Source: Candidatus Eiseniibacteriota bacterium
GTDB lineage: Bacteria; Eisenbacteria; RBG-16-71-46
Reading direction: 5' to 3'
Assembly: GCA_963744995.1 (NCBI GenBank)
Contig: CAVUWA010000011.1
Location: 256,001-320,000, forward strand
Length of the DNA stretch: 64,000 bases
Positions 35,998 through 47,362 of the stretch are shown piece by piece. The position numbers and the translations under genes were made by a program. Every line of letters begins with the position of its first letter. Within the stretch, counting starts at the first letter, position 1. The notes below the pieces were generated by a model that worked only from the letters and a program-made list of their open reading frames with translations, was not told the origin of the DNA and made no database searches.

Positions 35998-36093
35998 CCG
36001 GTTCCCGCTGCGGCGAAGCGGGCGACCGGACGGACGCCCGGCCGGCCCGGGGACTTCGCCGAATCTGGGGAGACCGGATTGACCTCGACAGGG

Positions 36094-37323
36094 ATGACAC
36101 CGGCGAGGACCGCGAGGGTCCTCACGGCGGTAATGATCACCATCTGCTGCGCCGGCGCCGCGACGCCGGCGCACGCGCAGGCGTCGGGAGCTTCGCTGGA
36201 GGCGCGGTTCGACAGTCTGAGCGCGGCGGTGCGGGCGTTGCAGGCAGCGAAGCCCGCGGTGCACCCGCTGAGGATCACGGGCTTCGCGCAGGCCCGCTGG
36301 GAAACGGCCGAGAATTCGGCCGACACGATCCGGGTCGCGGGCGGCGAGGTCTCGACCGCCAACCGCAACCGCTTCGCGATCCGGCGCGCGCGCCTCAAGG
36401 CGACCTATGACGACGGCTCGTTCGGACGCGGCGTGGTCTACGTCAACGCCGGCGACTCGCGCGAGGTCGAGCTGATCGAGGCCTACGTGGCGCTGTACGA
36501 TCCGTGGACGCCGGATCATCGCCACACCCTGATCGCCGGCCAGCAGAACGTGCCGTTCGGCTTCGATCTCGAGCACTCGAGCTCGCAGCTGGAACTGCTC
36601 GAGCGCTCACAGGCCGAGCGTGCGCTGTTTCCGGGCGAGCGCGACCGCGGCCTCGTGCTGGAGAGCCGCTGGACGCCCCGGCTGTCGACCGTGCTCGGCG
36701 TCATGAACGGCACGACGCTCGCCGAGGATCCCCGCTTCGTCGCGGCGGATCCCAACGGCAACAAAGCCGTGATCGGCCGCGTGCGCGTGACCGTCGGCCC
36801 GTGGGCCGCCGCGGTGTCGGGCTACGCCGCCCGCGCGGCGACGCCGCTCTCGGGGCCCGACGTGGTCAGCGACAAGACGCGCGTCGGCGCCGACACGCAG
36901 CTCCACTACACGATCCGCGGTCTCGGCGCGGGCGAGCTGCGCGGCGAGGCGTTCTTCGGCCATCAGGTCAATCCCGACTCGGTGAAGGCGCTGACGACGT
37001 CGTCCGCCGGGGCGGTCCTCGCGGCGCCCGGTGCGAACCCCGCTCATTTCGCCACGGACTTCGCCGGCGGCTACGCGACGTGGATCCAGTCGTTTGCGGC
37101 CCGCTACACCTTCGCGGCGCGATACGACGTCTGGGACCCGAACACCGGCGCCGATCACGACCGGTTCACGCGCGTCTCCGTCGCCCTGCACGGGCAGTAC
37201 GGCAGGCACGTGCGCGCGTCGGTGCTCTACGAGATTCCGGACACGGAGAAGGCGACGCCGGCCGGTGCGTTCAAGGACCCCCACGACAACCGCTGGACCG
37301 TGCAGCTCCAGCACAAATTCTAG
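36094..37323 (+). CDS. Phosphate-selective porin (OprO/OprP-like)
   Basis: Signal peptide, short coiled coil, FAIRRARLK, GQQNVPFG, LLERS, ERDRG, C-terminal QLQHKF. Confidence 0.85.
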   Translation: MTPARTARVLTAVMITICCAGAATPAHAQASGASLEARFDSLSAAVRALQAAKPAVHPLRITGFAQARWETAENSADTIRVAGGEVSTANRNRFAIRRARLKATYDDGSFGRGVVYVNAGDSREVELIEAYVALYDPWTPDHRHTLIAGQQNVPFGFDLEHSSSQLELLERSQAERALFPGERDRGLVLESRWTPRLSTVLGVMNGTTLAEDPRFVAADPNGNKAVIGRVRVTVGPWAAAVSGYAARAATPLSGPDVVSDKTRVGADTQLHYTIRGLGAGELRGEAFFGHQVNPDSVKALTTSSAGAVLAAPGANPAHFATDFAGGYATWIQSFAARYTFAARYDVWDPNTGADHDRFTRVSVALHGQYGRHVRASVLYEIPDTEKATPAGAFKDPHDNRWTVQLQHKF

Positions 37324-37331
37324 GAGACCCC

Positions 37332-38180
37332 ATGCCCGTGAAGCACGCTCGCTGGATCGTTCCCGCCCTGACGGCCGCGCTGGCGCTCGCCGGATGCGGC
37401 GGCAGGAACCGGTCGGATACGGTCACCCTCAAGGGTTCGGACACGATGGTGATCCTCGGCCAGCGCTGGGCCGAGGCCTACATGGCTTCGCACGAGGGCG
37501 CCGTGATCCAGGTGACCGGCGGCGGCTCGGGCACGGGCATCGCGGCGCTGATCAACGGCACCACCGACATCTGCGAGGCCTCGCGCGAGATGAAGCAGGC
37601 CGAGCGCGACCAGATGCAGGAGAAATACGGCCGCCCGCCCGTGGAGATCACGATGGCGAAGGACGGTCTCTCGGTCTACCTCAACGACGCGAACCCGGTG
37701 AAGGCGCTGACCCTCGCGCAGCTGAGCGCGATCTACACCGGCCAGACCACCAACTGGAAGCAGGTCGGCGGCAACGACGCGCCGATCACGCTGTACGGTC
37801 GCGAGAACAGCTCCGGCACCTACGAGTATTTCAAGGAGCGCGTCATGGAGGGCGCCGACTACGCGTCCGCCGTGCAGACGCTCCCGGGCACCGCCGCGGT
37901 CGTGAACGCGGTGGCCAGGGACCCCAACGGCATCGGCTACGGCGGCGCCGCCTACGCGAAGGGCGTGTTCGAATGCGGCGTCAAGGAGACCGACGACTCG
38001 GCGCCCGTGCTGCCCAGCGCGAAGACGGTCGCCGACGGCTCCTATCCGATTTCGCGCGGGCTCTACTACTACCTGCGCACGCCGCCCGAGGGCGCCGAGA
38101 AGGACTTCATCGACTTCGCACTCTCGCCCGAAGGCCAGAAGATCGTGTCGGAAGTCGGATACTTCCCGCTCGCCAGCTGA
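37332..38180 (+). CDS. pstS: Phosphate-binding lipoprotein PstS
   Basis: Lipobox LAGC; KGSDTM, GGGSGTGI, RENSSGTYEYF, YPISR. Confidence 0.96.
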   Translation: MPVKHARWIVPALTAALALAGCGGRNRSDTVTLKGSDTMVILGQRWAEAYMASHEGAVIQVTGGGSGTGIAALINGTTDICEASREMKQAERDQMQEKYGRPPVEITMAKDGLSVYLNDANPVKALTLAQLSAIYTGQTTNWKQVGGNDAPITLYGRENSSGTYEYFKERVMEGADYASAVQTLPGTAAVVNAVARDPNGIGYGGAAYAKGVFECGVKETDDSAPVLPSAKTVADGSYPISRGLYYYLRTPPEGAEKDFIDFALSPEGQKIVSEVGYFPLAS

Positions 38181-38226
38181 TCGCTTGCGGGCGTGCGGCC
38201 CCGCTCGCGCGCCCGCGGAGGACGTC

Positions 38227-39198
38227 ATGAGTTCGGACCCGGAATCCGCAGCGGGCGGACCGCGAACCCACCTGCGCGACCGCGTGGCCGACCGCGGCCG
38301 CCGCCGCATGCAGGAACTCGCCTCGACGTGGATCCTGAGGATCTGCGCCTTCAGCGCGGTTGCGGGACTGCTGCTGATCATGATCTTCGTGTTCCGCGAA
38401 GCGCTGCCGCTCTGGTTCGACCCGAAGCTTCGCGGCGAGGCGGGGCTCTCGACGTTCTTCTCCTCTCCGGTCTGGCAGCCGGTGAGCTCGAATCCCCGGT
38501 TCGGCCTGGCACCGCTCATCGTGGGCACGCTCAAGGTGATCCTGGTGGCGATGACGTTCGCGGTGCCGGTTGCGGTGCTGGCCGCACTCTACGCCTCGGA
38601 ATTCGCCTCCGAGCGTTTCCGCGAGCTGCTCAAGCCCGTGATCGAGATGCTCGCCGGCATTCCGTCGGTGGTGCTCGGCTTCTTCGCGCTGATCGTGATG
38701 GCGTCCTGGCTGCAGGCGGTCACCGGTTCCGCATCGCGCCTGAACGCGCTCAACGCCGGGCTCGCGCTCGGGCTCGCGATCATCCCGACCGTCTTCTCGG
38801 TCTGCGAGGACGCGCTGCGCGCGGTGCCGCGCTCGTACCGCGAGGCCTCGCTCGCGCTCGGCGCGAGCCGCTGGCAGACGGCGTGGAACGTCACGCTGCC
38901 GGCCGCCTCGGCGGGCGTCGCGGCGGGCGTGCTGCTCGGCCTCGCCCGCGCGGTCGGCGAGACGATGATCGTGCTCATGGCCTCGGGCAACGCGGCGCTG
39001 ATCTCGCCGAGCGTGCTCGACTCGGTGCGCACCGTGTCGGCGACGATCGCCGCCGAGCTGGCCGAGGTCGTGTTCGGCAGCGGCCACTACCGGGTGCTGT
39101 TCTTCCTCGGCGCGCTGCTGTTCACCACCACGTTCCTGATCAACGTGGCCGCCGGGCTGTTCGTGGAGCGGCTGCGCCGGCGGCTGGCGGGCGCATGA
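38227..39198 (+). CDS. pstC: Phosphate ABC permease PstC
   Basis: KPVIEMLAGIPSVVLG, RAVGETMIV. Confidence 0.96.
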   Translation: MSSDPESAAGGPRTHLRDRVADRGRRRMQELASTWILRICAFSAVAGLLLIMIFVFREALPLWFDPKLRGEAGLSTFFSSPVWQPVSSNPRFGLAPLIVGTLKVILVAMTFAVPVAVLAALYASEFASERFRELLKPVIEMLAGIPSVVLGFFALIVMASWLQAVTGSASRLNALNAGLALGLAIIPTVFSVCEDALRAVPRSYREASLALGASRWQTAWNVTLPAASAGVAAGVLLGLARAVGETMIVLMASGNAALISPSVLDSVRTVSATIAAELAEVVFGSGHYRVLFFLGALLFTTTFLINVAAGLFVERLRRRLAGA

Positions 39199-40142
39199 GC
39201 GGCGCCCTGCCCGCCACGGGCCAGCGCCCGCTCGACAAGTCGCACCACCGCGACTGGACGGGCGGCGTGTGGTCGGGCCTCTCAGGCGTCGCCGCCGGCC
39301 TGATCGTGCTGATGGTCGCCGTCATCATCGGCAACGTCGTCTGGTTCGGCTGGCGGACCGTGACGTGGGATTTCCTCGTCAAGGCGCCCGAGCAGGGCAT
39401 GACGGCCGGCGGCATCTTCCCGGCGATCTTCGGCACGGTGGCGCTGGTGCTGCTGATGGTGGTCGCGCTGATTCCGTTCGGGGTCGGCGCCGCGATCTAC
39501 CTGCACGAGTACGCGCGCCCCGACGCCTGGTTCACCCGGTCGGTGCGGTTCGCGGTCAACAACCTGGCGGGCGTGCCGAGCATCGTGTTCGGCCTGTTCG
39601 GGCTCGGGTTCTTCATCCAGTTCGTGGGTCGCGGCATCGACCGCGCGCTCGGCGCCGACGTGCTGTGGGGCCAGCCGTCGCTGCTGTGGGCGGCGCTCAC
39701 GCTGGCGCTCCTCAACCTGCCCGTCGTGATCGTCACCACCGAGGAGGCGTTGCGCGCCGTGCCGCGCCACATGCGCGAGGCGTCCCTCGCGCTCGGCGCG
39801 ACGCGCTGGCAGACGATCCGCTACGTGCTGCTGCCGCAGGCGCTGCCGGGCATCCTCACCGGTGCGATCCTGTCGATCTCGCGCGGCGCCGGCGAGGTGG
39901 CGCCGATCATGTTCACGGGCGCCGCCTACTTCCTGCCGTATCTGCCGCATTCGCCCGCAGATCAGTTCATGGAACTCGGGTACCATATCTTCGTGCTCGC
40001 GACGCAATCACCCGATATCGACGCGACGCGGCCGCTGCTGTACGGCACGGTGCTGGTGCTGCTGCTGCTCACCTTCGCGCTGAACCTGTCGGCCGTGCTG
40101 ATCCGCGGCCGGCTGCGGGCGCGGCTCATCGGGAGATCATGA
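39195..40142 (+). CDS. pstA: Phosphate ABC permease PstA
   Basis: [29 protein letters not shown]. Confidence 0.96.
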   Translation: MSGALPATGQRPLDKSHHRDWTGGVWSGLSGVAAGLIVLMVAVIIGNVVWFGWRTVTWDFLVKAPEQGMTAGGIFPAIFGTVALVLLMVVALIPFGVGAAIYLHEYARPDAWFTRSVRFAVNNLAGVPSIVFGLFGLGFFIQFVGRGIDRALGADVLWGQPSLLWAALTLALLNLPVVIVTTEEALRAVPRHMREASLALGATRWQTIRYVLLPQALPGILTGAILSISRGAGEVAPIMFTGAAYFLPYLPHSPADQFMELGYHIFVLATQSPDIDATRPLLYGTVLVLLLLTFALNLSAVLIRGRLRARLIGRS

Positions 40143-40143
40143 G

Positions 40144-41004
40144 GTGACCTTGGAAACGAAACCGCCGGTGCGCGACGCAGCCGTGCGGACGCCCCGCCCG
40201 CGGGCGGCGTCCGCCGCGGCGCCGCCGCGGGCGCCCGCGCCGGCGTCCGCCGAACCGCCGGTCCGCACGCACGACTACGATCTCTACTACGGCAGGACCC
40301 AGGCCCTGCGCTCGGTGACGCTCGACTTCCCGGCGCATGCGGTGACCGCGATCATCGGCCCGTCCGGCTGCGGCAAGAGCACCCTGCTGCGCTCCTTCAA
40401 CCGCATGAACGACATGATTCCGGGAGTGCGCACCGAAGGGCGCGTCACCGTGTCGGGGCTCGACGTGTTCGCGCCGTCCACCGACGTGGTGGATCTGCGC
40501 CGCCGCGTCGGCATGGTGTTCCAGCGCCCGAATCCGTTTCCGAAATCGATCTTCGAGAACGCGGCTTTCGGGCTGCGCATGCTCGGCCTCAAGGACCGCG
40601 CCGAGATCGAGGCGCGCATCGAACGGAGCCTGCGCCAGGCGGCGCTGTGGGACGAGGTGAAGGACCGCCTGCAGGCCTCGGCGCTCGCGCTGTCGGGCGG
40701 CCAGCAGCAGCGCTTGTGCATCGCCCGCTGCCTGGCGGTCGAGCCCGAGATCGTGCTGATGGACGAGCCGGCCTCCGCACTCGATCCCACCGCGACGGCG
40801 CGCGTCGAGGAACTGGTGCTCGACCTCAAGTCGCACTACACGCTGTTGGTGGTGACGCACAACATGCAGCAGGCCGCGCGGATATCCGACCGCACCGTCT
40901 TCATGCTGTCCGGACGGGTTGTCGAATACGACGAAACCAGTAAGCTGTTCACCAGCCCGCACGAGAAGCTGACCGAGGACTACATCACCGGACGCTTCGG
41001 CTGA
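40144..41004 (+). CDS. pstB: Phosphate ABC ATPase PstB
   Basis: [33 protein letters not shown]. Confidence 0.98.
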   Translation: MTLETKPPVRDAAVRTPRPRAASAAAPPRAPAPASAEPPVRTHDYDLYYGRTQALRSVTLDFPAHAVTAIIGPSGCGKSTLLRSFNRMNDMIPGVRTEGRVTVSGLDVFAPSTDVVDLRRRVGMVFQRPNPFPKSIFENAAFGLRMLGLKDRAEIEARIERSLRQAALWDEVKDRLQASALALSGGQQQRLCIARCLAVEPEIVLMDEPASALDPTATARVEELVLDLKSHYTLLVVTHNMQQAARISDRTVFMLSGRVVEYDETSKLFTSPHEKLTEDYITGRFG

Positions 41005-41735
41005 TGCCTGACGCCACCGGCACACAGGGCCCGAAAGGAACCCGCTTGGAACGTCATTTCGAAGTGGAATTCGCCGCGCTCAAGGACCAGCTGCTCGCCA
41101 TGGGCGGCCGGGCCGAGAACATCGTGCGCAAGTCGATCGAGGCGCTCAGGGTGCGCAACGTCCAGCTCGCCAACGAGGTCTTCGCCGACGACAGGCAGAT
41201 CGACGCGCTCGAGCTCGCCATCGACGATCGCTGCGTGAACCTGCTCGCCCTGCGGCAGCCGCTGGCAGGAGACCTGCGTTTCATCACCGCCGCGCTCAAG
41301 ATCACCAACGATCTCGAGCGCGTCGGCGATCACGCGGTGAACATCGCGGGCAGCGCGATCCGTCTCGCCGAGCAGCCGCAGCTGAAGCCGCTGGTGGACA
41401 TCCCGCGCATGGCCGACATGGCCAGCGACATGCTGCGCGAGGCCCTCGATGCCTTCGTGAAGCGCGACGCCGAGACCGCGCGCCGGCTGGTGCGCCGCGA
41501 CGACGCCGTCGACGACCTCAACACCCAGGTCTTCCGCGAGCTGATCACCTTCATGATCGAGGATCCGCACACGATCAGCCGCGCGATGGAACTGATCCTC
41601 GTGGCGCGGAACCTCGAGCGGGTGGCCGACCTCGCGACCAACGTCGCCGAAGAGGTCGTGTTCATCGCCGAGGCGCGCGTCATCAAGCACCACGCGGAGC
41701 AGGCGGCGGAGCAGGACGACTTCGGGCGGACGTGA
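41004..41735 (+). CDS. phoU: Phosphate signalling protein PhoU
   Basis: QPLAGDLR, DLERVGDHAVNI, LERVADLATNVAE. Confidence 0.97.
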   Translation: MPDATGTQGPKGTRLERHFEVEFAALKDQLLAMGGRAENIVRKSIEALRVRNVQLANEVFADDRQIDALELAIDDRCVNLLALRQPLAGDLRFITAALKITNDLERVGDHAVNIAGSAIRLAEQPQLKPLVDIPRMADMASDMLREALDAFVKRDAETARRLVRRDDAVDDLNTQVFRELITFMIEDPHTISRAMELILVARNLERVADLATNVAEEVVFIAEARVIKHHAEQAAEQDDFGRT

Positions 41736-43465
41736 CGCACCGCGCCGCCTGGCTGCTCGTCACGCTGCTGGTGGCCGGCCCGGCGGCCGCGGCTTCGCTG
41801 CGGCTGCAGGTCGACGTCGAAGGCGTCCCGGGCGACATCCGCGAGCAGGTCATGGCCGGGGTCGGGATCGTCGAGGCTGCGCGCGGAGGGGCACTCCCCG
41901 AGGAGGAGGTGCGGCGCCTGCACGCCCGCGCGCCGGCCGAGATCGAAGCCGGCATGAAGGCGTTCGGCTACTACCGCGCCGCCGTGCGCGCGCACCTGAC
42001 CGTGGAGGGCCGCCGCGGCCACGCCGTCTACACGGTGACCCCGGGCGCGCCCGTGCGCCTGCGGAAGGTGGACGTGCACGTCACCGGGCCGGGGGCGGAT
42101 CTGCCTGCGTTCCGCGCGGCGGTCGATGGGTTCCCGCTCGCCCGCGGCCAGACGCTCCGGCACCCCGCCTATCTCGCCGGCAAGGCCGCGCTTCGTGACG
42201 CGGCCGACGCCGGCGGATTTCTCGACGCGCGCTTCGACACCAGCGTGATCCACATCGACGCCGCGCTCACCACGGCGACCATCCTGATCGAGTTCGCAAC
42301 CGGGCCGCGCTACCGCTTCGGCGAGGTGCGGTTTCACCAGAGCGTGCTGGACCCCGAGTTCCTGCGGGGCTACCCCGATTTCCATCGCGGCGATCCCTTC
42401 GACGCGCGCGAGCTGGTCCAGCTGCAGAAGCGGCTCGGCGATCTGCCCTACTTCCGCACCGTGGAGGTGGTGCCGCGCCAGGATCTCGCCGAGGGCGTCG
42501 AGGTGCCGGTGGACGTGGCGCTGACGCCGGCGAAGCCGCAGCGCTACGCGTTCGGGCTCGGCTACGGCACCGACAACGGCGTGCACGGCCGCGCCGGCAT
42601 CCAGCTGCGCCGCATCAACCGGCGCGCGCATCGCGCCGAGGGGCAGGTGCAGATCTCGGAGATCGAACGCACGGTCGGCGCGCAGTACTTCATCCCGTGG
42701 CCGTACCCGCGCACCGAGCTGCTGACGCTCTCGGGCGGGTACCAGGACCTGGATCCGCAGACGAGCCGCAGCCAGGCGCTGCGCTTCGAGGCGTCCCTCG
42801 CGCGCGGCCGCGGCGGGGTGCGCGAGACGTACACGCTGACCTTCCAGCGCGAGGACTACAGCGTGGGCGTGGACGAAGGCACTTCGGAGCTGCTGATGCC
42901 CCAGGTCGCGTGGACGCTGGTGCGCGCCGACGACCGCGTGTACGCGACGCACGGCGTGCGGGTGCGCGCCCGGCTGCGCGGCGCCGCCGAGCGTGCCGGC
43001 TCGGACGTGTCGTTCGCACAGCTCTCCGTGAACGGCAAGTGGATCGCGAGCCCGTTCTTCCGCACGCGCGTGCTGCTGCGCAGCGATCTCGGGTACACGC
43101 GCACGGCGCAGTTCCACAGGCTGCCGCCGTCGATCCGGTTCTTCGCGGGCGGCGCGCAGAGCGTGCGCGGTTACGCCTACCAGGCGCTCGGACCGCTCGA
43201 TGAAGAAGGCCACGTGATCGGCGGCGAGACGCTGGTGGTCGGCAGCGCCGAGCTCGAGCAGCGCCTGCTCGAGAACTGGGGCGTCGCCGCCTTCTACGAC
43301 CTCGGCAACGCGATGCGCTCGCTGCGCGATCCGCTCGAGGACGGTGCCGGCGCCGGGTTGCGCTGGCGATCGCCGGTGGGTCTCGTGCGCGCCGACATCG
43401 CCTGGGCGCTCGGCAAACCGGGCACGCCGTGGCGTTTTCACCTCGTGCTGGGGCCGGACCTGTGA
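41732..43465 (+). CDS. tamA: TamA (Omp85 family)
   Basis: FGYY, GPRYRFG, GYGTDNG, RFFAGGAQSVRGY, GLRWRSPVG, LGPDL. Confidence 0.93.
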   Translation: MTHRAAWLLVTLLVAGPAAAASLRLQVDVEGVPGDIREQVMAGVGIVEAARGGALPEEEVRRLHARAPAEIEAGMKAFGYYRAAVRAHLTVEGRRGHAVYTVTPGAPVRLRKVDVHVTGPGADLPAFRAAVDGFPLARGQTLRHPAYLAGKAALRDAADAGGFLDARFDTSVIHIDAALTTATILIEFATGPRYRFGEVRFHQSVLDPEFLRGYPDFHRGDPFDARELVQLQKRLGDLPYFRTVEVVPRQDLAEGVEVPVDVALTPAKPQRYAFGLGYGTDNGVHGRAGIQLRRINRRAHRAEGQVQISEIERTVGAQYFIPWPYPRTELLTLSGGYQDLDPQTSRSQALRFEASLARGRGGVRETYTLTFQREDYSVGVDEGTSELLMPQVAWTLVRADDRVYATHGVRVRARLRGAAERAGSDVSFAQLSVNGKWIASPFFRTRVLLRSDLGYTRTAQFHRLPPSIRFFAGGAQSVRGYAYQALGPLDEEGHVIGGETLVVGSAELEQRLLENWGVAAFYDLGNAMRSLRDPLEDGAGAGLRWRSPVGLVRADIAWALGKPGTPWRFHLVLGPDL

Positions 43466-46400
43466 GCGCGCAGGCGCAGGTCGGCGGCGGTCGGCGGCTG
43501 CTGCGCGTGGCGCTCCGGGTCGCCGTGCTCGGCGTGGTGTTGCTCGCGCTCGCCGGCGGCACGCTCGCATGGCTTGCCAACACCACGGCGGGTGCACGCT
43601 GGGTGCTGGCGCGCGCGGCCCGAGGCGCTGCCGGCACCGTGCGGATCGGCGCGGTCTCGGGTTCGATCGCGCGCGGTCTCGAGCTCGCGGATCTGTCCTA
43701 CTCGACTGAAGGGCTCGCGGTGGAGGTCGGCCGCCTTACGCTGCAGGTGGATCTTGACGGCGCGGTGGAACGCCGTGTGATCGTCGAGCGTCTGGTGATC
43801 GAGAACGTGCGCGTGACCTCGTCGCCGGCGGCGGATTCGAGCCGGACGCCCGCGGCGGCGCTCCCCGGAGTGCACCTGCCGCTCGACCTCGTGGTGCGCG
43901 ACGCGCGCATCGACGGCCTGCGCTGGCGCGGAACGGGAAACGACTCACTCGACATCGGTGCGGTGCGGCTGGAAGGCGCCGCACATGGCGATCGCGTGCG
44001 GATCGGGAGGCTGCTGGTGACGTCGGCGCCGCTCGATGCGGAGTTCGCCGGCGAGCTGCAGACGAGCGGCGAATGGCCGCTCGCGCTCACGACGCACTGG
44101 ATCGCGCGCCCCGCGAACCTGGCCGGGATCGAAGCCGAGGGTGAAGTGCGCGGCTCGATCCAGCGCCTGGCGTTCGCGCAGCGCCTGACCGCACCGCATC
44201 CCGTCGAGGTCACGGCGCAGGTTGACGCGCCGCTCGGTGACCTGCGTCTGGACGTGGTGGTGCGCACCGAGGCGATGCCGCTGAGGCGCTGGAGCGCGTC
44301 CGCACCGGCGGCCATCGTGACGGGGCGGCTGCGCGCGGTGGGCCGGCCCGACTCGCTGCGCACCGCCGGCACGGCGCACGTGGTCCTGCCCGGCGCGTTC
44401 GCGTTCGACCTGCGCGTCGATGCGGCGCGCCACGGCGACCGGGTGCGTCTCGCGCAGCTCGACGTCAGCTCCACGGACCATGTGCTCGGGGCCCGGGCGA
44501 CCGCGACGCTCCGCGGGATCGGCGGCTCGCCGGCCGGCGAGGGGCAAATCGAATGGACCCGCTTCATCTGGCCGCCCGCGGCGCCCGTGGTGCAGAGCGC
44601 CGGCGGGACGCTCGCGTTTGAGGGGTCGGCCGCCGCATGGCACGCCACGCTCGATACTCGGCTCGCGACGCCGTGGACGCCCGCCGGCCGCTGGCACGCC
44701 CGCATGCATGGCGACTCCACGACGGCGCGGCTGGACTCGCTCGTCGGCGTGCTCTTCGCCGGCGCGGTGCGGGGGCGCGGCGAGATGCGCTGGGCTCCGG
44801 CCGTGGCCTGGCGCGGCTCGCTCGAGGCGCACGGCGTGAATCCGGGTGCACGCTGGAAGGCCTATGCGGGCGCGCTCGATGCGCGCGTCGTGAGCGAGGG
44901 CCGGATGCGCCCCACGGGCGCCGAAGGACACGTGCGGATCGCACGGGTGCGCGGCACGCTGCGCGGCCGCCCGCTCGACGCCGCCGCGGCGGTGCGGTTC
45001 GCGCCGGACGCCGTCGGCATCGAAAGTCTCTCGCTCGACTGGGGCGCGGCGCACGCCGAAGCGTCGGGCCGGATCGCGGACGTACTCGACGCCCGCGGCG
45101 AGGTCCACGTGCCGAACCTCGGCCTCTGGCTGCCGGGCGCCCGCGGCGCGCTCACCGCCCGCGCGCGGTTCGAAGGTCCGCGCGGACGTCCGCGGGCGTG
45201 GATCCGTGCGAGCGGGGATTCGCTGTTGGTGGGGGACCTAGGTGTGCGGCACGTCGAGCTCGACGCGGACGCGGATCTGTCCGGGGCGGAGACCAGCGCG
45301 GTTCATCTCGTCGCCGCGGATCTCGGGCGCGGCGGAGCGGTCGTGGACCGCGTGGCGCTCACCGCGGGCGGCGTGCCGTCGGCGCACGAGATCGAGGCGC
45401 ACGTGGTGCGCGCCGCCGACTCGCTCGACGCCCGGGCGCTCGGCGCGTGGGACGGCGATCGGTGGACGGCAGAGCTGGCCGAGCTCGGGTTGCGTACGGC
45501 GTCGGCGGGCGCATGGCGCCTGGCGCACCCGGCGCACGCCGAGATCGCGGCCGGCGGCGCGGCGCTCGATTCGCTGGCGCTGGTCTCGGGCGAGGCCCGA
45601 CTCGCGGCCGGCGCCGGCGCGGGCGGTGGCGCATGGCGCACGCGCGCGACGCTCGACGGGTTCGCGCTCGAACGCCTCGACGCATGGATGCCGCAGGGAC
45701 TGCGGCTGCGCGGGCCGCTCGCCGCGCGCCTCGACGCACACGGCGCGGCGGGCGGGCCGCCGATCACACGCCTGTCGCTGGTCGCGGGACCCGGCGAGGT
45801 CGACCAGGGCCCGGCGGGCCGTTCGGCGGTCGCCACGCCGTTCGACACGGCGCGCGCCGAATGGCGATCCGGTGCGGACGGCCTCACCGGCACGCTCGCC
45901 GTCGCCGCGCCGGGGCTCGTCACGGTGGACGGCCGGGTGCGGATGCCGGCGTTTGGTTCGGACACGCCGCTCGCGGCGCAGACGGTGAACGGGCGAATCA
46001 CCGTCGACGTTCCGGATCTGGCGCCATTCGAAAGCCTGTGGACCGACGCCGACAGCGTCCGCGGCCGCGTGCACGCGGACCTCACGATCGCCGGCACCGC
46101 GGGCGAGCCGCGCGTGACCGGCGCCGCGCGCGTCGAGAACGCGTCAGCGCGGCTGCCGGCGCCGGGTCTCCGGCTGCGCGACGCCTCGATCGAAGTGACC
46201 GCCGACGGCTCCGACTCGCTCACGGTGCGCGGGGGCGTGCGCTCGGGCCCGGGCCGGGTGCGGATCTCCGGCCACGTCGCAGCCGCGCGGCTCGACTCGC
46301 TGCGCGCGAACCTGCGGATCCAGGGCGAACGCTTCCAGGTCGTGAACCGGCCCGACGCGCGGCTCCTCGCGAGCCCCGATCTGCGCCTCGCCATGGCCGG

Positions 46401-47250
46401 TCCGCGCGTGGACGTCAGCGGCGACGTGCACGTGCCGCTCGGCGAGATCGATGCGTCGCGCAGCGCCACGCGCGAGGCCGTGCCGCTGTCTTCCGACGTG
46501 GTGATCGACGACCGCGCACGGGTGGCGGACGAGGCGCTGCGCCTGCACACCCGCGTGCGGGTGGTGCTCGGCGATTCGCTGTCGCTCAACGCCTACGGCC
46601 TCAAAGCGAAGCCGCGCGGTTCGGTGTTGATCGTCGAGTCGCCGGGGCGCGACCCGGTGGCGAGCGGCGAGCTCACGATCACCGGCGGCACCTATCGCGC
46701 CTACGGTCAGGACCTGACGATCCAGCGCGGCCGGCTGCTCTACGCGGGCGGACCGGTGACCGACCCGGGCCTCGACATCCGCGCGAGCCGCACGGCGCGC
46801 GACGGCACGGTCGCCGGAATCGAGGTGCGTGGCACCGCGCTCGACCCGGTGCTCACGGTGTTCTCCGATCCCGATCTGCCGGAGGAGGAGGCGCTCGCCT
46901 ACATCGTCCTCGGCCGTCCGCTCGATCAGGCGGGATCATCCGACGGCCAGCTGCTGGCGAACGCGGCGCGTTCGGCGGGGCTCAAGGGCGGGAACCTGCT
47001 CGCCGGGAAGATCGCGAGCCAGATCGGGCTGGAGCAGGCGTCCATCGAGACCGAGAGCGGCGCTCTCGAGGACGCGTCGCTGGTGCTCGGGACGTATCTG
47101 TCGCCGCGGGTGTATCTGGGCTACGGGGTCGGGTTGTTCAAGCCCGCGAACGCGGTGAAGATCCGTTACCGGTTGAGCCCGCGCTGGGCGCTCGAGGCGG
47201 AGTCGGCCGAGGAGAACAGCGCGGAGATCCAGTTCTCGATCGAGCGCTGA
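43462..47250 (+). CDS. tamB: TamB (AsmA-like, DUF490 C-terminus)
   Basis: N-terminal TM anchor; GTYRAYGQDL, ALAYIVLGR, LGTYLSPRVYLGYGVG; follows tamA. Confidence 0.92.
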   Translation: MSAQAQVGGGRRLLRVALRVAVLGVVLLALAGGTLAWLANTTAGARWVLARAARGAAGTVRIGAVSGSIARGLELADLSYSTEGLAVEVGRLTLQVDLDGAVERRVIVERLVIENVRVTSSPAADSSRTPAAALPGVHLPLDLVVRDARIDGLRWRGTGNDSLDIGAVRLEGAAHGDRVRIGRLLVTSAPLDAEFAGELQTSGEWPLALTTHWIARPANLAGIEAEGEVRGSIQRLAFAQRLTAPHPVEVTAQVDAPLGDLRLDVVVRTEAMPLRRWSASAPAAIVTGRLRAVGRPDSLRTAGTAHVVLPGAFAFDLRVDAARHGDRVRLAQLDVSSTDHVLGARATATLRGIGGSPAGEGQIEWTRFIWPPAAPVVQSAGGTLAFEGSAAAWHATLDTRLATPWTPAGRWHARMHGDSTTARLDSLVGVLFAGAVRGRGEMRWAPAVAWRGSLEAHGVNPGARWKAYAGALDARVVSEGRMRPTGAEGHVRIARVRGTLRGRPLDAAAAVRFAPDAVGIESLSLDWGAAHAEASGRIADVLDARGEVHVPNLGLWLPGARGALTARARFEGPRGRPRAWIRASGDSLLVGDLGVRHVELDADADLSGAETSAVHLVAADLGRGGAVVDRVALTAGGVPSAHEIEAHVVRAADSLDARALGAWDGDRWTAELAELGLRTASAGAWRLAHPAHAEIAAGGAALDSLALVSGEARLAAGAGAGGGAWRTRATLDGFALERLDAWMPQGLRLRGPLAARLDAHGAAGGPPITRLSLVAGPGEVDQGPAGRSAVATPFDTARAEWRSGADGLTGTLAVAAPGLVTVDGRVRMPAFGSDTPLAAQTVNGRITVDVPDLAPFESLWTDADSVRGRVHADLTIAGTAGEPRVTGAARVENASARLPAPGLRLRDASIEVTADGSDSLTVRGGVRSGPGRVRISGHVAAARLDSLRANLRIQGERFQVVNRPDARLLASPDLRLAMAGPRVDVSGDVHVPLGEIDASRSATREAVPLSSDVVIDDRARVADEALRLHTRVRVVLGDSLSLNAYGLKAKPRGSVLIVESPGRDPVASGELTITGGTYRAYGQDLTIQRGRLLYAGGPVTDPGLDIRASRTARDGTVAGIEVRGTALDPVLTVFSDPDLPEEEALAYIVLGRPLDQAGSSDGQLLANAARSAGLKGGNLLAGKIASQIGLEQASIETESGALEDASLVLGTYLSPRVYLGYGVGLFKPANAVKIRYRLSPRWALEAESAEENSAEIQFSIER

Positions 47251-47362
47251 ACGCCGTGGGCGATGCCGCGCCCCGGCCGGACGCCGCGTCCGTGCGGACG
47301 TCGCGCGCCAGGGGTTCGCGACTCACGTGCGCCGGCGGCGGACGCGGGCAGGCCGTCGCCGC

